A stretch of 64,000 bases of DNA from an uncultured virus (IMG/VR IMGVR_UViG_3300027867_000004) (IMGVR_UViG_3300027867_000004), one strand, 5' to 3'. Shown: positions 40,630 to 50,750, counted from the first letter of the stretch. The notes: a model not told the origin generated them from the sequence alone. Translations and numbers: made by a program.

Positions 40630-42747
40630 CTATTCAAAATCAACAATTTCGTACTCAAACCATTGTTGTGTATCTTCTTCATAATTTTCAAAACCTGGTG
40701 TTCTGAAATATTTTTTCTCGCACGCTATTAACCAAATACCAAAAGCAGTTCCAAGGTCAAAACGGGTTCGATTAGCTTTGTTCATTTCCAATAATTGTAA
40801 TAGAAGCTCACGATGTTTAATAGAATTGCAATAAACCATAACAAAGTGAGTAATTGCATGAAGATATTGATCAATGGTATCCGTGGTTGCTGGCATACCT
40901 AACTGAGAAGTATTCTGATCACGAGTAGTTTCATTCATCGTACTCTCCGGACGAGGCATGATAAACTGTTCGTACCCACGCTTTTTAAAGTAAGTCTTGA
41001 TCGCTTTTTTATTATTTTCCACATTCATCTGGGTACCCAGATAAACGCAAAGCATGATCATATCCTCAAAAAATACCTCACTATCTTCTTCACGATAATT
41101 ATAAGTTATAGTCGGCTGCTTGGTAACCCACTCCCAGGCCCGGTCGATAGGAGCCCCGTCCATGATCTTTGCCCCGTCCTCGTTATCATCATACAACCTG
41201 CCCCCGACGGCACCACCTTTAGAGGCCCGGTTCTTATCCACCACATCCTTCAGATCAAAGTCAAAAGGGTCAATCCCTACCCGGTATTTATGCAAATTAA
41301 GCGGGTAGCGAATACCACCCATAATCATTACCTGGTTATCTTCTCCGTCTTTTAAAAGCTGCGAGGCAGTAAACTTTCCTTTTTCATCCGGAATAAAAAT
41401 AACTTTACCGTCTGGTATACCGTTCGACCATATCAGGTTTCCTTTTATGGTCCACTCTTTAGGAACCAAACCATACTTTTCAGGAAAATCTATACGTTGA
41501 AGAGTCTCCTGCAAATACTCTTTTTTAAAGGCCGACTGAGATCCGGAAGGAGTGAGTGCATCCTCTATGTTACGTGGACACTGCCGAAGTAAATTGGTAA
41601 TCTCATTATATTTTCTTTGCTTTTTTAAGTTTTCAATTTCATTGTTCAAAAATGTTTCTGCCTCTTCTTTCAAAGGGAAACCATATTCATCCTCATCGTA
41701 GCATTCAAAGTAAGAAAGAAACAATACAACCAGACCGGAGGTAGTTCTTCCGTTAGCATTTCTGATTTTATCGTTGCTGTCTTTTACCAGAATAAGTATT
41801 TCTTCCAGCTGCTCATCGTTTATCTCTTCGATGGAAGTTTCAAAATAAGCCGTTCCATCAATTAACTTTCCCCCGTTTTTATGCAGGCAGGCCTTCACAC
41901 GATTCCAGCAGGCCAGTAAGCTCATGTTCTCCAACTTACCTGCTTCGTTTAATATCCACCAGTTTAGTTCCGTACGGTCATACGCCCCAGGCTTTGAAGG
42001 CTGGAAATCAAGCCATGATCCCAGTTCTTCCTCAGTATAAGGACTTTCTTCCTCCGTACCATTTTCAGCAAGGTCCCGAACTTTTTTAGCCGTATTTACA
42101 CTTGAAGGGAAAATAAACTCCAGCAACTTATCCGGATCATCAGACCCGGAACTAATGGGCTTCATGTACCAGATTTGATTTTTATTAGAGAAGGTAACCC
42201 GCTTAAAGTTTTCCTGGGCCGCATTATCATTTGCAGATTGCATACCCCCGTGAACAGACTTGGTAATGGTCAGGTACTCTTCAATCATGCCCAGCGTTAT
42301 CTCTGTCTTACCACCACGGCGTGGACCTATTAAAAATACTCCATAAGTATTGGGATCCCGGACAACCATATCCTTATGGTTATATACAAGACCCTGGATA
42401 TATTTGTACTTGGGCTTTTTACCATTTTCGCACGTATGGTAATTTAGGAACCACCAGTAAGAACCAGTCAGGTATATCTCCTGTCCCTTTATTAACCACC
42501 ATTCTCCGTTAGCCCGTTTGTGAAATTGAGAATAGATAAAATCAGTTTCCTCTTTAGTGAGTTTTGCTTTCCTGCTGAGTAGTGATTTAGGAATTTTTTC
42601 ATGGTAAAACTTCTGCTCCTTTAAAGGAACACCATAATTTTTAAAATATTTTAAGGGAGGTTTTTTAGGTAAGGGAATGTCATACTTATCAAGCCTTACG
42701 GTGCCTGACGGATTATCGTAATCAAGGGTATACAAGTTCTCATTCAC
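40630..42747 (-). CDS. terL: Terminase large subunit
   Basis: Walker A GPRRGGKT, Walker B LNEAGK, nuclease GIDPFD, VENNK and FDLG. Confidence 0.92.
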   Translation of the reverse strand: MNENLYTLDYDNPSGTVRLDKYDIPLPKKPPLKYFKNYGVPLKEQKFYHEKIPKSLLSRKAKLTKEETDFIYSQFHKRANGEWWLIKGQEIYLTGSYWWFLNYHTCENGKKPKYKYIQGLVYNHKDMVVRDPNTYGVFLIGPRRGGKTEITLGMIEEYLTITKSVHGGMQSANDNAAQENFKRVTFSNKNQIWYMKPISSGSDDPDKLLEFIFPSSVNTAKKVRDLAENGTEEESPYTEEELGSWLDFQPSKPGAYDRTELNWWILNEAGKLENMSLLACWNRVKACLHKNGGKLIDGTAYFETSIEEINDEQLEEILILVKDSNDKIRNANGRTTSGLVVLFLSYFECYDEDEYGFPLKEEAETFLNNEIENLKKQRKYNEITNLLRQCPRNIEDALTPSGSQSAFKKEYLQETLQRIDFPEKYGLVPKEWTIKGNLIWSNGIPDGKVIFIPDEKGKFTASQLLKDGEDNQVMIMGGIRYPLNLHKYRVGIDPFDFDLKDVVDKNRASKGGAVGGRLYDDNEDGAKIMDGAPIDRAWEWVTKQPTITYNYREEDSEVFFEDMIMLCVYLGTQMNVENNKKAIKTYFKKRGYEQFIMPRPESTMNETTRDQNTSQLGMPATTDTIDQYLHAITHFVMVYCNSIKHRELLLQLLEMNKANRTRFDLGTAFGIWLIACEKKYFRTPGFENYEEDTQQWFEYEIVDFE

Positions 42748-42751
42748 AAAT

Positions 42752-42759
42752 CAAATATA
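42752..42759 (-). promoter_or_regulatory. Bacteroidota -7 box directly before terL; an identical box lies at 30542-30549
   Basis: CAAATATA on + reads TATATTTG on -. Confidence 0.5.
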
Positions 42760-42764
42760 CTAAA

Positions 42765-43346
42765 TCAAAATCTACCTTTCTCTTTTGCAAATTTTTCAGG
42801 GAACTGCAATATCTTAGCTGCTTCCTGCCGGATTATTTTTCGCGTACTGGTGTCTGGAAAAATCTGAGCTTCGTAAGCCACCAGGTCTTCGTGAATTTCT
42901 TTTTGCTGCTTCTGAAGCTTGGCCCGTTTGTCCATCTCAGAAATCATGTTCTCCATATTAGGAGGCTGACGAAGGGCGACTCCCACCATGTGAAAGTTAA
43001 ATAACATATTACTCCACATCGTATATGCCAGGTTATCGCAAAGAACGAAAAAACGATTTACGATAGCCGAATAATCCTCGTTTCTGTTTAAAATAATATC
43101 TTCCAAAAGCTCATCATCTTTCAGTCCCAGATATTCAAAAATAGAATTAAGTCGTTTTTCATAGTCATCCCTATCCTTTTTTAAGAAAGGACTTCCTTCA
43201 TCTGTAGCTAAAAAAGCAATCCTGAGAAGATTATCTTTCGTCCAGTCGGAAAACTCTTTATATCCGGAAAGTTCAGGAAACTGTTCAATAACACACTGTC
43301 CTTTAGGAATAGTAGACAGATCATATTTCATTGCGGAGAGATCCAT
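42765..43346 (-). CDS. Hypothetical helical protein, possible terminase small subunit
   Basis: Position upstream of terL only. Confidence 0.45.
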   Translation of the reverse strand: MDLSAMKYDLSTIPKGQCVIEQFPELSGYKEFSDWTKDNLLRIAFLATDEGSPFLKKDRDDYEKRLNSIFEYLGLKDDELLEDIILNRNEDYSAIVNRFFVLCDNLAYTMWSNMLFNFHMVGVALRQPPNMENMISEMDKRAKLQKQQKEIHEDLVAYEAQIFPDTSTRKIIRQEAAKILQFPEKFAKEKGRF

Positions 43347-44107
43347 TACTCAAAGGTAGCTAAAATATTACGCCTTCTAATCACCTCAATACCCAGTAGT
43401 TTCCCGGCGTACCGGTCTGAGGCGATCCGGTAACCAAAGCCCCGCTGTAACAAAATACGCTGACCTGTAGTCAGACTAATAGGCATTTCTTCCAAATTCT
43501 TATCCAGATATTCTTTGATTGGCTTATCAGCGCTGACTACGGTCGCATATTTGCTGCCATACTTATCCACTTTTTCAACCACGATAAGCCCGCTCGGAGT
43601 AGTGTACTCATGGGGCTGCTGATCACGCAGCGCAAAAACCCAGCCGTTTAACGGAATTAATTCTCCCTCTACCTCTTTTGCAAACAACGATTCATAGCTC
43701 ATCAGCACACAATAACCATGGCCCTCAACATTTAAAAGCCGTCCCTCAGCCTCGCTATCCAGCGCCATCTTATAATCAAAGATCACTCTGTCCCCTTCAA
43801 AAACATTCAGCTCAGTATTATGCGGAATACTATTACGCATCAGCGAGGCAAACTCTCCGTCCGAAATAGTTTTACCCCTCTCATGTTTTTTAAGCTCGGA
43901 GCAAAATAAAAGATGATCAGGAGTTTTTAAAATAGTCCCGGTGATACACTTTTTCTCGGGTTCATTTTTTACGATCTCACAAAGTTCCAGTTGTACTTTA
44001 GTCCCGTGAGGCCCGGGAATTTCTATAAAGTTATAATCTAGGCCTCCTTTGATGAGTACCATGTTACAAGTTAACTCAAAGGTATTTATATTAACAGGTT
44101 CAATCAT
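43346..44107 (-). CDS. Tandem GroES-like domain protein
   Basis: Two GroES-like units: ITGTILKTP...EGDRVIF and IPLNGWVF...TPSGLIV...ATVV...GQRILL...RNILA. Confidence 0.65.
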   Translation of the reverse strand: MIEPVNINTFELTCNMVLIKGGLDYNFIEIPGPHGTKVQLELCEIVKNEPEKKCITGTILKTPDHLLFCSELKKHERGKTISDGEFASLMRNSIPHNTELNVFEGDRVIFDYKMALDSEAEGRLLNVEGHGYCVLMSYESLFAKEVEGELIPLNGWVFALRDQQPHEYTTPSGLIVVEKVDKYGSKYATVVSADKPIKEYLDKNLEEMPISLTTGQRILLQRGFGYRIASDRYAGKLLGIEVIRRRNILATFE

Positions 44108-44880
44108 ACCTGCTGCAGTTTTTTATCCGCTTCATAGAGTGAAAGCAGGGTCCACCGGTCCATGGCCTGACCGATATCTAGTGTAACCTTTGGTATATTA
44201 CCACTGAAAGCTATAGAAGGCCCTATATACTTGCTGGCCGGTCCGGCACTGAAGATCGTAAGGGGGGCATCCACCTGACGGGCCTGTTTAATAACGTTAT
44301 CAGCCTGATCCCAGTTGGTGAGCTGTATCCAGGTTACCTCTACATCGAGGAACTTCTTCGCCCGTGATTTAAGGGCATTAGCTGTATTGGGATTACCGTG
44401 GATCATGCATACGTGCTTTGCCTGTTGGTATAGCTGCTGCTTCAGCTCATCGAACCAGATGTACGCAAAATAATTATCCACATATTTTTTTTGCTTGTTG
44501 AAACCATCCACATTATAGTTTCCCATGGTAACGCCCGATAGTGAGGGTGAATAGTAATTGGCACCGGTAGCCGCCATCATTAGCCGCTCTTTAAGCACCT
44601 TACGTGGTATGCCTACAATACCGAACTGCTTATGCCACTTTTCATCAAACTGAGGCGATACTTCAATATATTCACTGTCCGACTCATTGCAGATATCCAT
44701 CAGCATCTTTTCACCATCAGCCATCCTTACACAGCTCAGGTTCTTTCCGCTTACCAGCGCATCTCCAACAATGAAATAAAAGGCATAGGCACTCACAGTG
44801 TTCATACACCTGTGAATTTGTTCAGGGCTTAACTCTTGGGGACTCCACATAATTAATTGCGTTTCAAATATCTGAACCAT
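44104..44880 (-). CDS. GT-D fold (DUF1792-like) glycosyltransferase
   Basis: SCVRMADGE (R..DGE), FSAGPASK and LDIGQAMD. Confidence 0.7.
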   Translation of the reverse strand: MVQIFETQLIMWSPQELSPEQIHRCMNTVSAYAFYFIVGDALVSGKNLSCVRMADGEKMLMDICNESDSEYIEVSPQFDEKWHKQFGIVGIPRKVLKERLMMAATGANYYSPSLSGVTMGNYNVDGFNKQKKYVDNYFAYIWFDELKQQLYQQAKHVCMIHGNPNTANALKSRAKKFLDVEVTWIQLTNWDQADNVIKQARQVDAPLTIFSAGPASKYIGPSIAFSGNIPKVTLDIGQAMDRWTLLSLYEADKKLQQV

Positions 44881-45848
44881 ACAGATATGGCATGTTTGTT
44901 ATAAATGTCCAGGTCATGAATGTTATCTTCGGTGGTCTCATCCTTGTGATCTATAGCATAAGCCAGGCACCTGGCTATGTCGTCCGCATCATTGGCCTTT
45001 GCCTTGGTAGCTGATAGCCACTCTATCTGATCCGATCCAACTATCGGCACGTTCTGGGCGACCGCATCTGCTGCCACAATATTAAAGCTCTCAGTAAAGC
45101 TAACCTGCATACAGGCATCCATCTGAGATACAAGTTGTAAAAACTGATCATGCTTCAACCAGTCGCACTCTATCAATCGGTGGGGCCCACCGGCAAATAA
45201 AGCCCGAAGGTTCCTTAATACCGTCTCTCCACGCTGCTCAATTCTGGTACCGTTAATATAAAAGTGAACTACACTTTTGCGCTTTTCGGCAAAGATGATT
45301 GCAGCAACAGCCTGGTTCAACTGGTTTTTTAGTGGCCTTATTGATCCGAAACAACCAATTTTATACAAATATTTGTTTGGTGTACACTGCACTTTCTCAC
45401 AGGCGATATCCGGGTAAATATTGGGCAGGTAGGTGTTTTTTATTCCAACGCGGTTAAAATCCTTACTGGTCTGCTTATGATTGAAGGAAACAATGGAAAT
45501 CTTCTGATACTCCTTGATCCATTCAATCACCGTTCCTTCAGTCGCCACAAAAGGAATTTTAGAATGTACGCGGGTAATAAACTTCACCGTAGGATTATTA
45601 AATACAATCTCCTGAAACTTTGCCGGAACGATCCATACAGCCTCCAAAATACATATGTCTGGAGTATGCAGTTTTATTTTTTCTTCTACCTGATTTTGAT
45701 CTTTACAGAAATCAATCTCCGCAAATACATCCTCAAACTTATTAATTGCCTCAACTACAAACCTAGCAGAATTTGTTAAACCTGACTTTGAGGGAAGTAT
45801 CCCTATGCTATATTCACGCGACAGGATGAGCAGGAACAGGATTTTCAT
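44853..45848 (-). CDS. GT-B fold (GT4-like) glycosyltransferase
   Basis: GCFGSIRPLKNQ and QVSFTESFNIVAADAVAQNVPIVGS. Confidence 0.82.
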   Translation of the reverse strand: MKILFLLILSREYSIGILPSKSGLTNSARFVVEAINKFEDVFAEIDFCKDQNQVEEKIKLHTPDICILEAVWIVPAKFQEIVFNNPTVKFITRVHSKIPFVATEGTVIEWIKEYQKISIVSFNHKQTSKDFNRVGIKNTYLPNIYPDIACEKVQCTPNKYLYKIGCFGSIRPLKNQLNQAVAAIIFAEKRKSVVHFYINGTRIEQRGETVLRNLRALFAGGPHRLIECDWLKHDQFLQLVSQMDACMQVSFTESFNIVAADAVAQNVPIVGSDQIEWLSATKAKANDADDIARCLAYAIDHKDETTEDNIHDLDIYNKHAISVWFRYLKRN

Positions 45849-45870
45849 GGTTTTTTCTTGTAAAATTAAA

Positions 45871-47538
45871 TCATTTAGCTAACAAACGGTCGAGACGTAA
45901 CAAATTTATTTTAGAAAGCAACAAATTCTCTTTGATATACGCCCAGCTCTCTTCATTTGACTTTTTGAGCGTAGCAATATGTTTATCCTTAATCGCCTTT
46001 CCTGCCAGGCTAAAAGGCAAAATAAACGGAAAATTAAACTCCGGCAATAGCTTGTTTCCAAAGAATGCGCTGCCGGCATAGGTGCCCTCCAGCCAGCTGA
46101 TATTACTTTTGGCCCTATTCAATTTATGGTTATCGAGCGGTGCAATCATCGCCGGCGCATTAATCGTCATAAGGTGTGTCATATACTGCATGAAAGGCAT
46201 CTTGCTGGTCAGATAGACATTGGTATTCGTTCTCATATCATCAAAGAACTCCTGGTTGTCAATGATGCCAATAAAGATGAACTGCCACTCTTTATTCTCT
46301 GTGGCCATCGCCTGCAAATCTTTTTTTACGTGATATAGGTCAAGCCTATGCGTATTCCCTCCACGGTAAACCAATTTTGATACCTCCCAATTGAAAGGTT
46401 TTTTAAGTTCCACGGGGAACAAATAATCATTATGCGCATTCGGAATGACGTGAATATTATGGTTAAAATTGTAAAATGTTTCCAGAATGCTTCGCGTGCT
46501 GGCCCATACTTCGTCAGCAGACTTGACGCAGTTAATGGCGTTAGCCTTATTTTCATTGTACAGTTCATAGACTGGATGATGATCCGGAACATTCAGCACA
46601 TCGTCATCATAATCTGCGATCACCCAGATACCCATCGCCCGGGCTTGTTCGATAACAGCAAAGTGATCTGCTGTAAACGGACGATGAAAGACGAGCATAT
46701 CCAGTCCATTGAGCACCTGCCATGTCGTCCAGTTCTTATCGCTTAGATCGGTAAGCTCCAGCAGATCATGTTTGATCAGCGGCAGTACACCTTGTATCCG
46801 GTAATAGCTGCTCCCGCCCATAGATTCCTGCAGGGCAATATATCCGATCTTTAGTTTCTTTTCAGTAACCAACTGCTCATAATCGTAATAGTTTTTAATG
46901 CTGCGGCGTTCCTTGCGGTAATGGTATTCGTTCTCAGTGATATATTTATTCTTTTCCTCATCGGTGAACTGCTGCACCTTGACAAACTTATGCTTGTCTG
47001 CATATTGCTTTTGCAAGTCCCAGGAATAAATATATTCCTCCCATCCGTCCACTGAAGTATACCAGGATGGCGTGAGTCCTGCCCGGTGGATCCGGTAAGA
47101 ATACGCTGCATGCTCATAACCGTACTTGCCGTATTTGTTGTTCATGTAGCCAACCTCGTCAACTACCTTCCGCGTCAGGAACAGCATGCAGCCTGTACCT
47201 TTTTGAAAATAGGTGAGTCCATTATCTTCACCAATCATATTCAGATGCTCATCGTTACCCACGATAAAATGCTGACAGCCGGTATGAATTGAAGCATCAA
47301 TAAAGAACTGCTCCCAGCCTTCTTTTATGGGAAAACAATCATCATCAAAAATGAAGATATAGTCACACCCGTCATCATATAGTTCTTTGATGAGTTTATT
47401 TTTATCTTTAGCTATGGTAGTTTGATCCGAATTATAAGAAAAAACGATTTTATTGTCTTTAGTTGACTTAGTTTTCAGACCCCTCAAATTACCAGCATAT
47501 TCTTTTTTTGGTAGTGTAGTTCCTATACCTATTTTCAT
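45871..47538 (-). CDS. Bifunctional glycosyltransferase (N-terminal GT2-like GT-A plus C-terminal GT-B)
   Basis: FIFDDDCFP and YGYEHAAYSYR in the N-terminal half; YYRI, ADYDDD and APLDNHKLNRAKSNISWLE in the C-terminal half. Confidence 0.82.
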   Translation of the reverse strand: MKIGIGTTLPKKEYAGNLRGLKTKSTKDNKIVFSYNSDQTTIAKDKNKLIKELYDDGCDYIFIFDDDCFPIKEGWEQFFIDASIHTGCQHFIVGNDEHLNMIGEDNGLTYFQKGTGCMLFLTRKVVDEVGYMNNKYGKYGYEHAAYSYRIHRAGLTPSWYTSVDGWEEYIYSWDLQKQYADKHKFVKVQQFTDEEKNKYITENEYHYRKERRSIKNYYDYEQLVTEKKLKIGYIALQESMGGSSYYRIQGVLPLIKHDLLELTDLSDKNWTTWQVLNGLDMLVFHRPFTADHFAVIEQARAMGIWVIADYDDDVLNVPDHHPVYELYNENKANAINCVKSADEVWASTRSILETFYNFNHNIHVIPNAHNDYLFPVELKKPFNWEVSKLVYRGGNTHRLDLYHVKKDLQAMATENKEWQFIFIGIIDNQEFFDDMRTNTNVYLTSKMPFMQYMTHLMTINAPAMIAPLDNHKLNRAKSNISWLEGTYAGSAFFGNKLLPEFNFPFILPFSLAGKAIKDKHIATLKKSNEESWAYIKENLLLSKINLLRLDRLLAK

Positions 47539-48149
47539 TTTACAAATATTAAATTTTCGCCATTCATTACCGCCAATTGGTACTCGTGGCAGTAGTCTTT
47601 ATATTTTTCCAGCAAGTCCCCATCCCCGTTCCACTCTATACAAAGCACCTGGCATCCTGCCTCCTTAAGATCGATCTGCTTTAATATAAGCTCATCATAC
47701 CCTTCTGCATCAATTGAGATGAAATCAAAAGGCCCGTATTTCTTTAACGAGCTGAATGGCTTTATCCTAGCAAACCGTTCTACGAACTCTACATCAGGCC
47801 ACCGCTTGGTTTCCTCAAAGTCCAGCGTACTGACCAGACCCTTATCAATACCTCCCGGTACGTGTGAACCTGACTCCCAGAACCGGACCACCTCATCCTT
47901 AGATCCTATACCAAAATTATGAATGATGACCTGATCATTATCATGATAAAGCTTATACAGATCATGCGCCAGTGTACCAGGCTCAACCAGTACTGCCTGC
48001 CATCCGTTCTCGATCAGTAACCTGGAATTGGAAAAAGTCATGCCGTCATTAGCCCCAATGTCTAAAACCCTTCCAGTATACCCACCGAAATAATTTAATA
48101 CAAACAAGTCCTCCTTATTTTGAGCATATGTGTTTTGCATATATCTCAT
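47535..48149 (-). CDS. FkbM-family methyltransferase
   Basis: YAQNKED, LDIGANDGMTFSNS, LVEP and FISIDAEGYD. Confidence 0.88.
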   Translation of the reverse strand: MRYMQNTYAQNKEDLFVLNYFGGYTGRVLDIGANDGMTFSNSRLLIENGWQAVLVEPGTLAHDLYKLYHDNDQVIIHNFGIGSKDEVVRFWESGSHVPGGIDKGLVSTLDFEETKRWPDVEFVERFARIKPFSSLKKYGPFDFISIDAEGYDELILKQIDLKEAGCQVLCIEWNGDGDLLEKYKDYCHEYQLAVMNGENLIFVK

Positions 48150-48687
48150 TAAAAATTTCTTCGCTTATAAAATCATTATCATTGGTCTTTTTTAATACCG
48201 TAGAAATATTTTTCCCGTCTACTGTATTACCCATGGCAAACTCTTCAGTGAGCTCTAATATTTCATAACCACAGGCTTCAGCGAGTTCTGTATAGAATAA
48301 TAAATGAAAATAATGATAACCATGACCCGGCCAATTATCTCTGGCAGGGTTTTCATGTATCATAACGCCCACAGCCTTACAAGCATTATGAATATTCTTG
48401 AACGGCTGGTACAACGAACCGTCAACATGCTCTACTGTTCCATGCTGTAAAATGGTATTATAAACCGGGCTAAACTTCAAATCGTTCCGTAAGTCTAATG
48501 CCTCGCTGCACTGACACCCAAGTATGTCAAGTGAACGAACAGTATACCCGTTAGCCTCAAAATAAAGATGCGCTATCTCTCCGTAATTCTCAGAGTCGTA
48601 TAAATTCTGACATCCCAGAATAAGTATATGGTCCTGAGGTTTTAGATATCTGTTAATCCTTTCAAGTGATGTATGTGTGATCCCCAT
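48115..48687 (-). CDS. SAM-dependent methyltransferase-like protein
   Basis: ILILGCQ, SLDI, LDLR and GTVEHV. Confidence 0.72.
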   Translation of the reverse strand: MGITHTSLERINRYLKPQDHILILGCQNLYDSENYGEIAHLYFEANGYTVRSLDILGCQCSEALDLRNDLKFSPVYNTILQHGTVEHVDGSLYQPFKNIHNACKAVGVMIHENPARDNWPGHGYHYFHLLFYTELAEACGYEILELTEEFAMGNTVDGKNISTVLKKTNDNDFISEEIFNEIYAKHICSK

Positions 48688-48689
48688 AA

Positions 48690-49379
48690 TTATAACCCCT
48701 GTGCTTTTAAAATGATCGTTTCATTCTTTGTCTGATCATATGGCCCGGCGTATTGCAGCCACTGCTCCCCGTGCTTCATCAGCGGAAGCAAGCCCATGTT
48801 ATAAATGATCGCTGAGCTGTTGGACATATCGTGCCTATGGCCCCTGCAGCGCGGGTCCTGGCTCTCGGTACTACCCTCGTTGGTCCATGAGCCGGTAAAC
48901 ATCCCGTCCTGCATAGATTTTTTCCACCTGGAAAAGAACTGCCTTGCCTGCTCATTGTCATAGTCCAAGCCAAGAAAGCCGGCATTACCGATCATGCGGA
49001 TCTCCATGGCACTGTCCCGGGTGATGCCATGGTAATCCAGCACCCGGTCACTGGTCCAGTGTCCCAGCCAGTGCCCGCTATCCTGAAAAATAAACCCGTC
49101 CTTCCCGATCTCATCAAATATCGGCTGCACCGGTTTTATTGCAAACACCGAACTGTCCAGCCATAATATTTTAGTATACCCAGCCTCCAGCGCTTTCTGT
49201 ATGGCATAGATTTTAAACGCATAAGGATTCTGCCAGTGCGGCGGAGCCCCGATCGTATTCTCCCCGATAAACCCCAGGAAGTCCCCGTCAAAATTCAGCC
49301 GCAGACTTTCATTGAGCCTCGCCAGGCCATTAATATAGTAATTCGTTGAATTGGCAAATGATACAATCGCGTTTTTCAT
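48690..49379 (-). CDS. GT-A fold nucleotide-sugar transferase-like protein
   Basis: YAFKIYAI, ILWLDSS and HRHDMS. Confidence 0.72.
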   Translation of the reverse strand: MKNAIVSFANSTNYYINGLARLNESLRLNFDGDFLGFIGENTIGAPPHWQNPYAFKIYAIQKALEAGYTKILWLDSSVFAIKPVQPIFDEIGKDGFIFQDSGHWLGHWTSDRVLDYHGITRDSAMEIRMIGNAGFLGLDYDNEQARQFFSRWKKSMQDGMFTGSWTNEGSTESQDPRCRGHRHDMSNSSAIIYNMGLLPLMKHGEQWLQYAGPYDQTKNETIILKAQGL

Positions 49380-49927
49380 TCTTTATAATGCGAATAGATG
49401 TAATGATAGATGTTCCCCTGGACCTTATTCTCCGTATGCAAAAGCCTGAGCAGCCTTGCAGAATAGTCCGCGTCCTCGCCGTGTGCGATCTCTTTGAACC
49501 GGGTCTGCAGCGCCAGCTCCCTTCTGACCGGGCTGATGTGGTTCGGCGTGCGGTAATAAACATTATCCAGCTCATACCAGCACCCGTAGTCCTTTGAAAT
49601 ATGCCACTGCCTGGGGTTCTCCCCGTTAGTCGTGATGTGCCCGGAGATACCGATGCAGTCCGGTAAGCCATCCATTGCTGCCAGGATTTTCTGTACATAA
49701 TCCGGGGCCACCTCGTCATCGTCATCCACGAACACAATGTACTCCCCGGTCGCCCTTTCCAGCAGCAGGTTTCTTTTGGTGCCAATATTATACCCCATGT
49801 TACTGTCAGTCAGGATCTCCACATCCCCGCCTTGCTCTTTTAAGTGAGCAACAAGGTATTGCAACTTCAGCTCCCTGCTGGGGATATTGGCGATGAGTAT
49901 AGAAAGTTTTATCATATCTCTTCCCAA
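49376..49927 (-). CDS. GT2 glycosyltransferase
   Basis: LSILI, IGTKRN.LL..ATGEYIVFVDDDD and GEDADY. Confidence 0.88.
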   Translation of the reverse strand: MGRDMIKLSILIANIPSRELKLQYLVAHLKEQGGDVEILTDSNMGYNIGTKRNLLLERATGEYIVFVDDDDEVAPDYVQKILAAMDGLPDCIGISGHITTNGENPRQWHISKDYGCWYELDNVYYRTPNHISPVRRELALQTRFKEIAHGEDADYSARLLRLLHTENKVQGNIYHYIYSHYKE

Positions 49928-50103
49928 AGTAACTGAAACACACTGAGCATAATAATTATCATCCCCAATAAAAAAACAGGAAAATAAATCGTTATCGTAA
50001 ATACCACCGATAAAAACCTAATTAATTTTGATTTATTTTTCTCCGTATAAATAGTAGGGAAAAATGATATCTTCTCACCAATTTCAAATAAATCTATTTT
50101 CAT
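49912..50103 (-). CDS. Small membrane protein inside the glycosyltransferase cluster
   Basis: AT-rich 63-aa ORF with a long hydrophobic stretch, overlapping both neighbours. Confidence 0.5.
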   Translation of the reverse strand: MKIDLFEIGEKISFFPTIYTEKNKSKLIRFLSVVFTITIYFPVFLLGMIIIMLSVFQLLWEEI

Positions 50104-50750
50104 TGTGGGTGCCAGATTATTGATTCATAAGTACAAACTGGATGCTTGATACCAAAATTATTCTCCCTATGACGGGCCAGCACCTCGTCACCCTGGGCAT
50201 AAGTTTTATCGTTCTTTTCGTTAATCTCATCCTTGGGCGTAAGCCCGGTTGAATAATGAAGATGAGGAAACAACAGATCAGAATAAATAAGTTTCCCGGT
50301 CATTATAGCAACCGCTGTCAGCTCGACATCGCAGCCCATGTGGTAATAGTCCGGGTGATAGACGTACCCGAACCGGTTATAATAAGCCCGGTCCATGATC
50401 GGAAGTGTGACCAGTACAGGCTGTATCCCGTCGCGGGTCTTTACCAAAAAGTCTTCCCTGCCCTCTATCTCCATTTTGAGCAAAGTGTCCCAGTGCATAT
50501 CGCACCCGAAATCATCCGAGACCACCACCAGTAAATCCCCCGTTGCTTCTTTAGCCGCACGGTTGATGGCCTCAATAGCCGTTTTGTTCGGCCCGCGGAT
50601 TCCTTTTACAAAAGGCGGCATGGTCTGGTCATCGCTGTCAATGCTCAGCAAATACTCCACATCGCCATCCGCTTTCATTAGCCAGTTCATTCGCGTAGCG
50701 ATTGCCATTTTACGCCTGTGGCGTGTCGGGTGAATAATACTGATCTTCAT
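50100..50750 (-). CDS. GT2-like glycosyltransferase
   Basis: ISIIHPTR, AINRAA..ATGDLLVVVSDDF and CDVELT. Confidence 0.8.
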   Translation of the reverse strand: MKISIIHPTRHRRKMAIATRMNWLMKADGDVEYLLSIDSDDQTMPPFVKGIRGPNKTAIEAINRAAKEATGDLLVVVSDDFGCDMHWDTLLKMEIEGREDFLVKTRDGIQPVLVTLPIMDRAYYNRFGYVYHPDYYHMGCDVELTAVAIMTGKLIYSDLLFPHLHYSTGLTPKDEINEKNDKTYAQGDEVLARHRENNFGIKHPVCTYESIIWHPQ

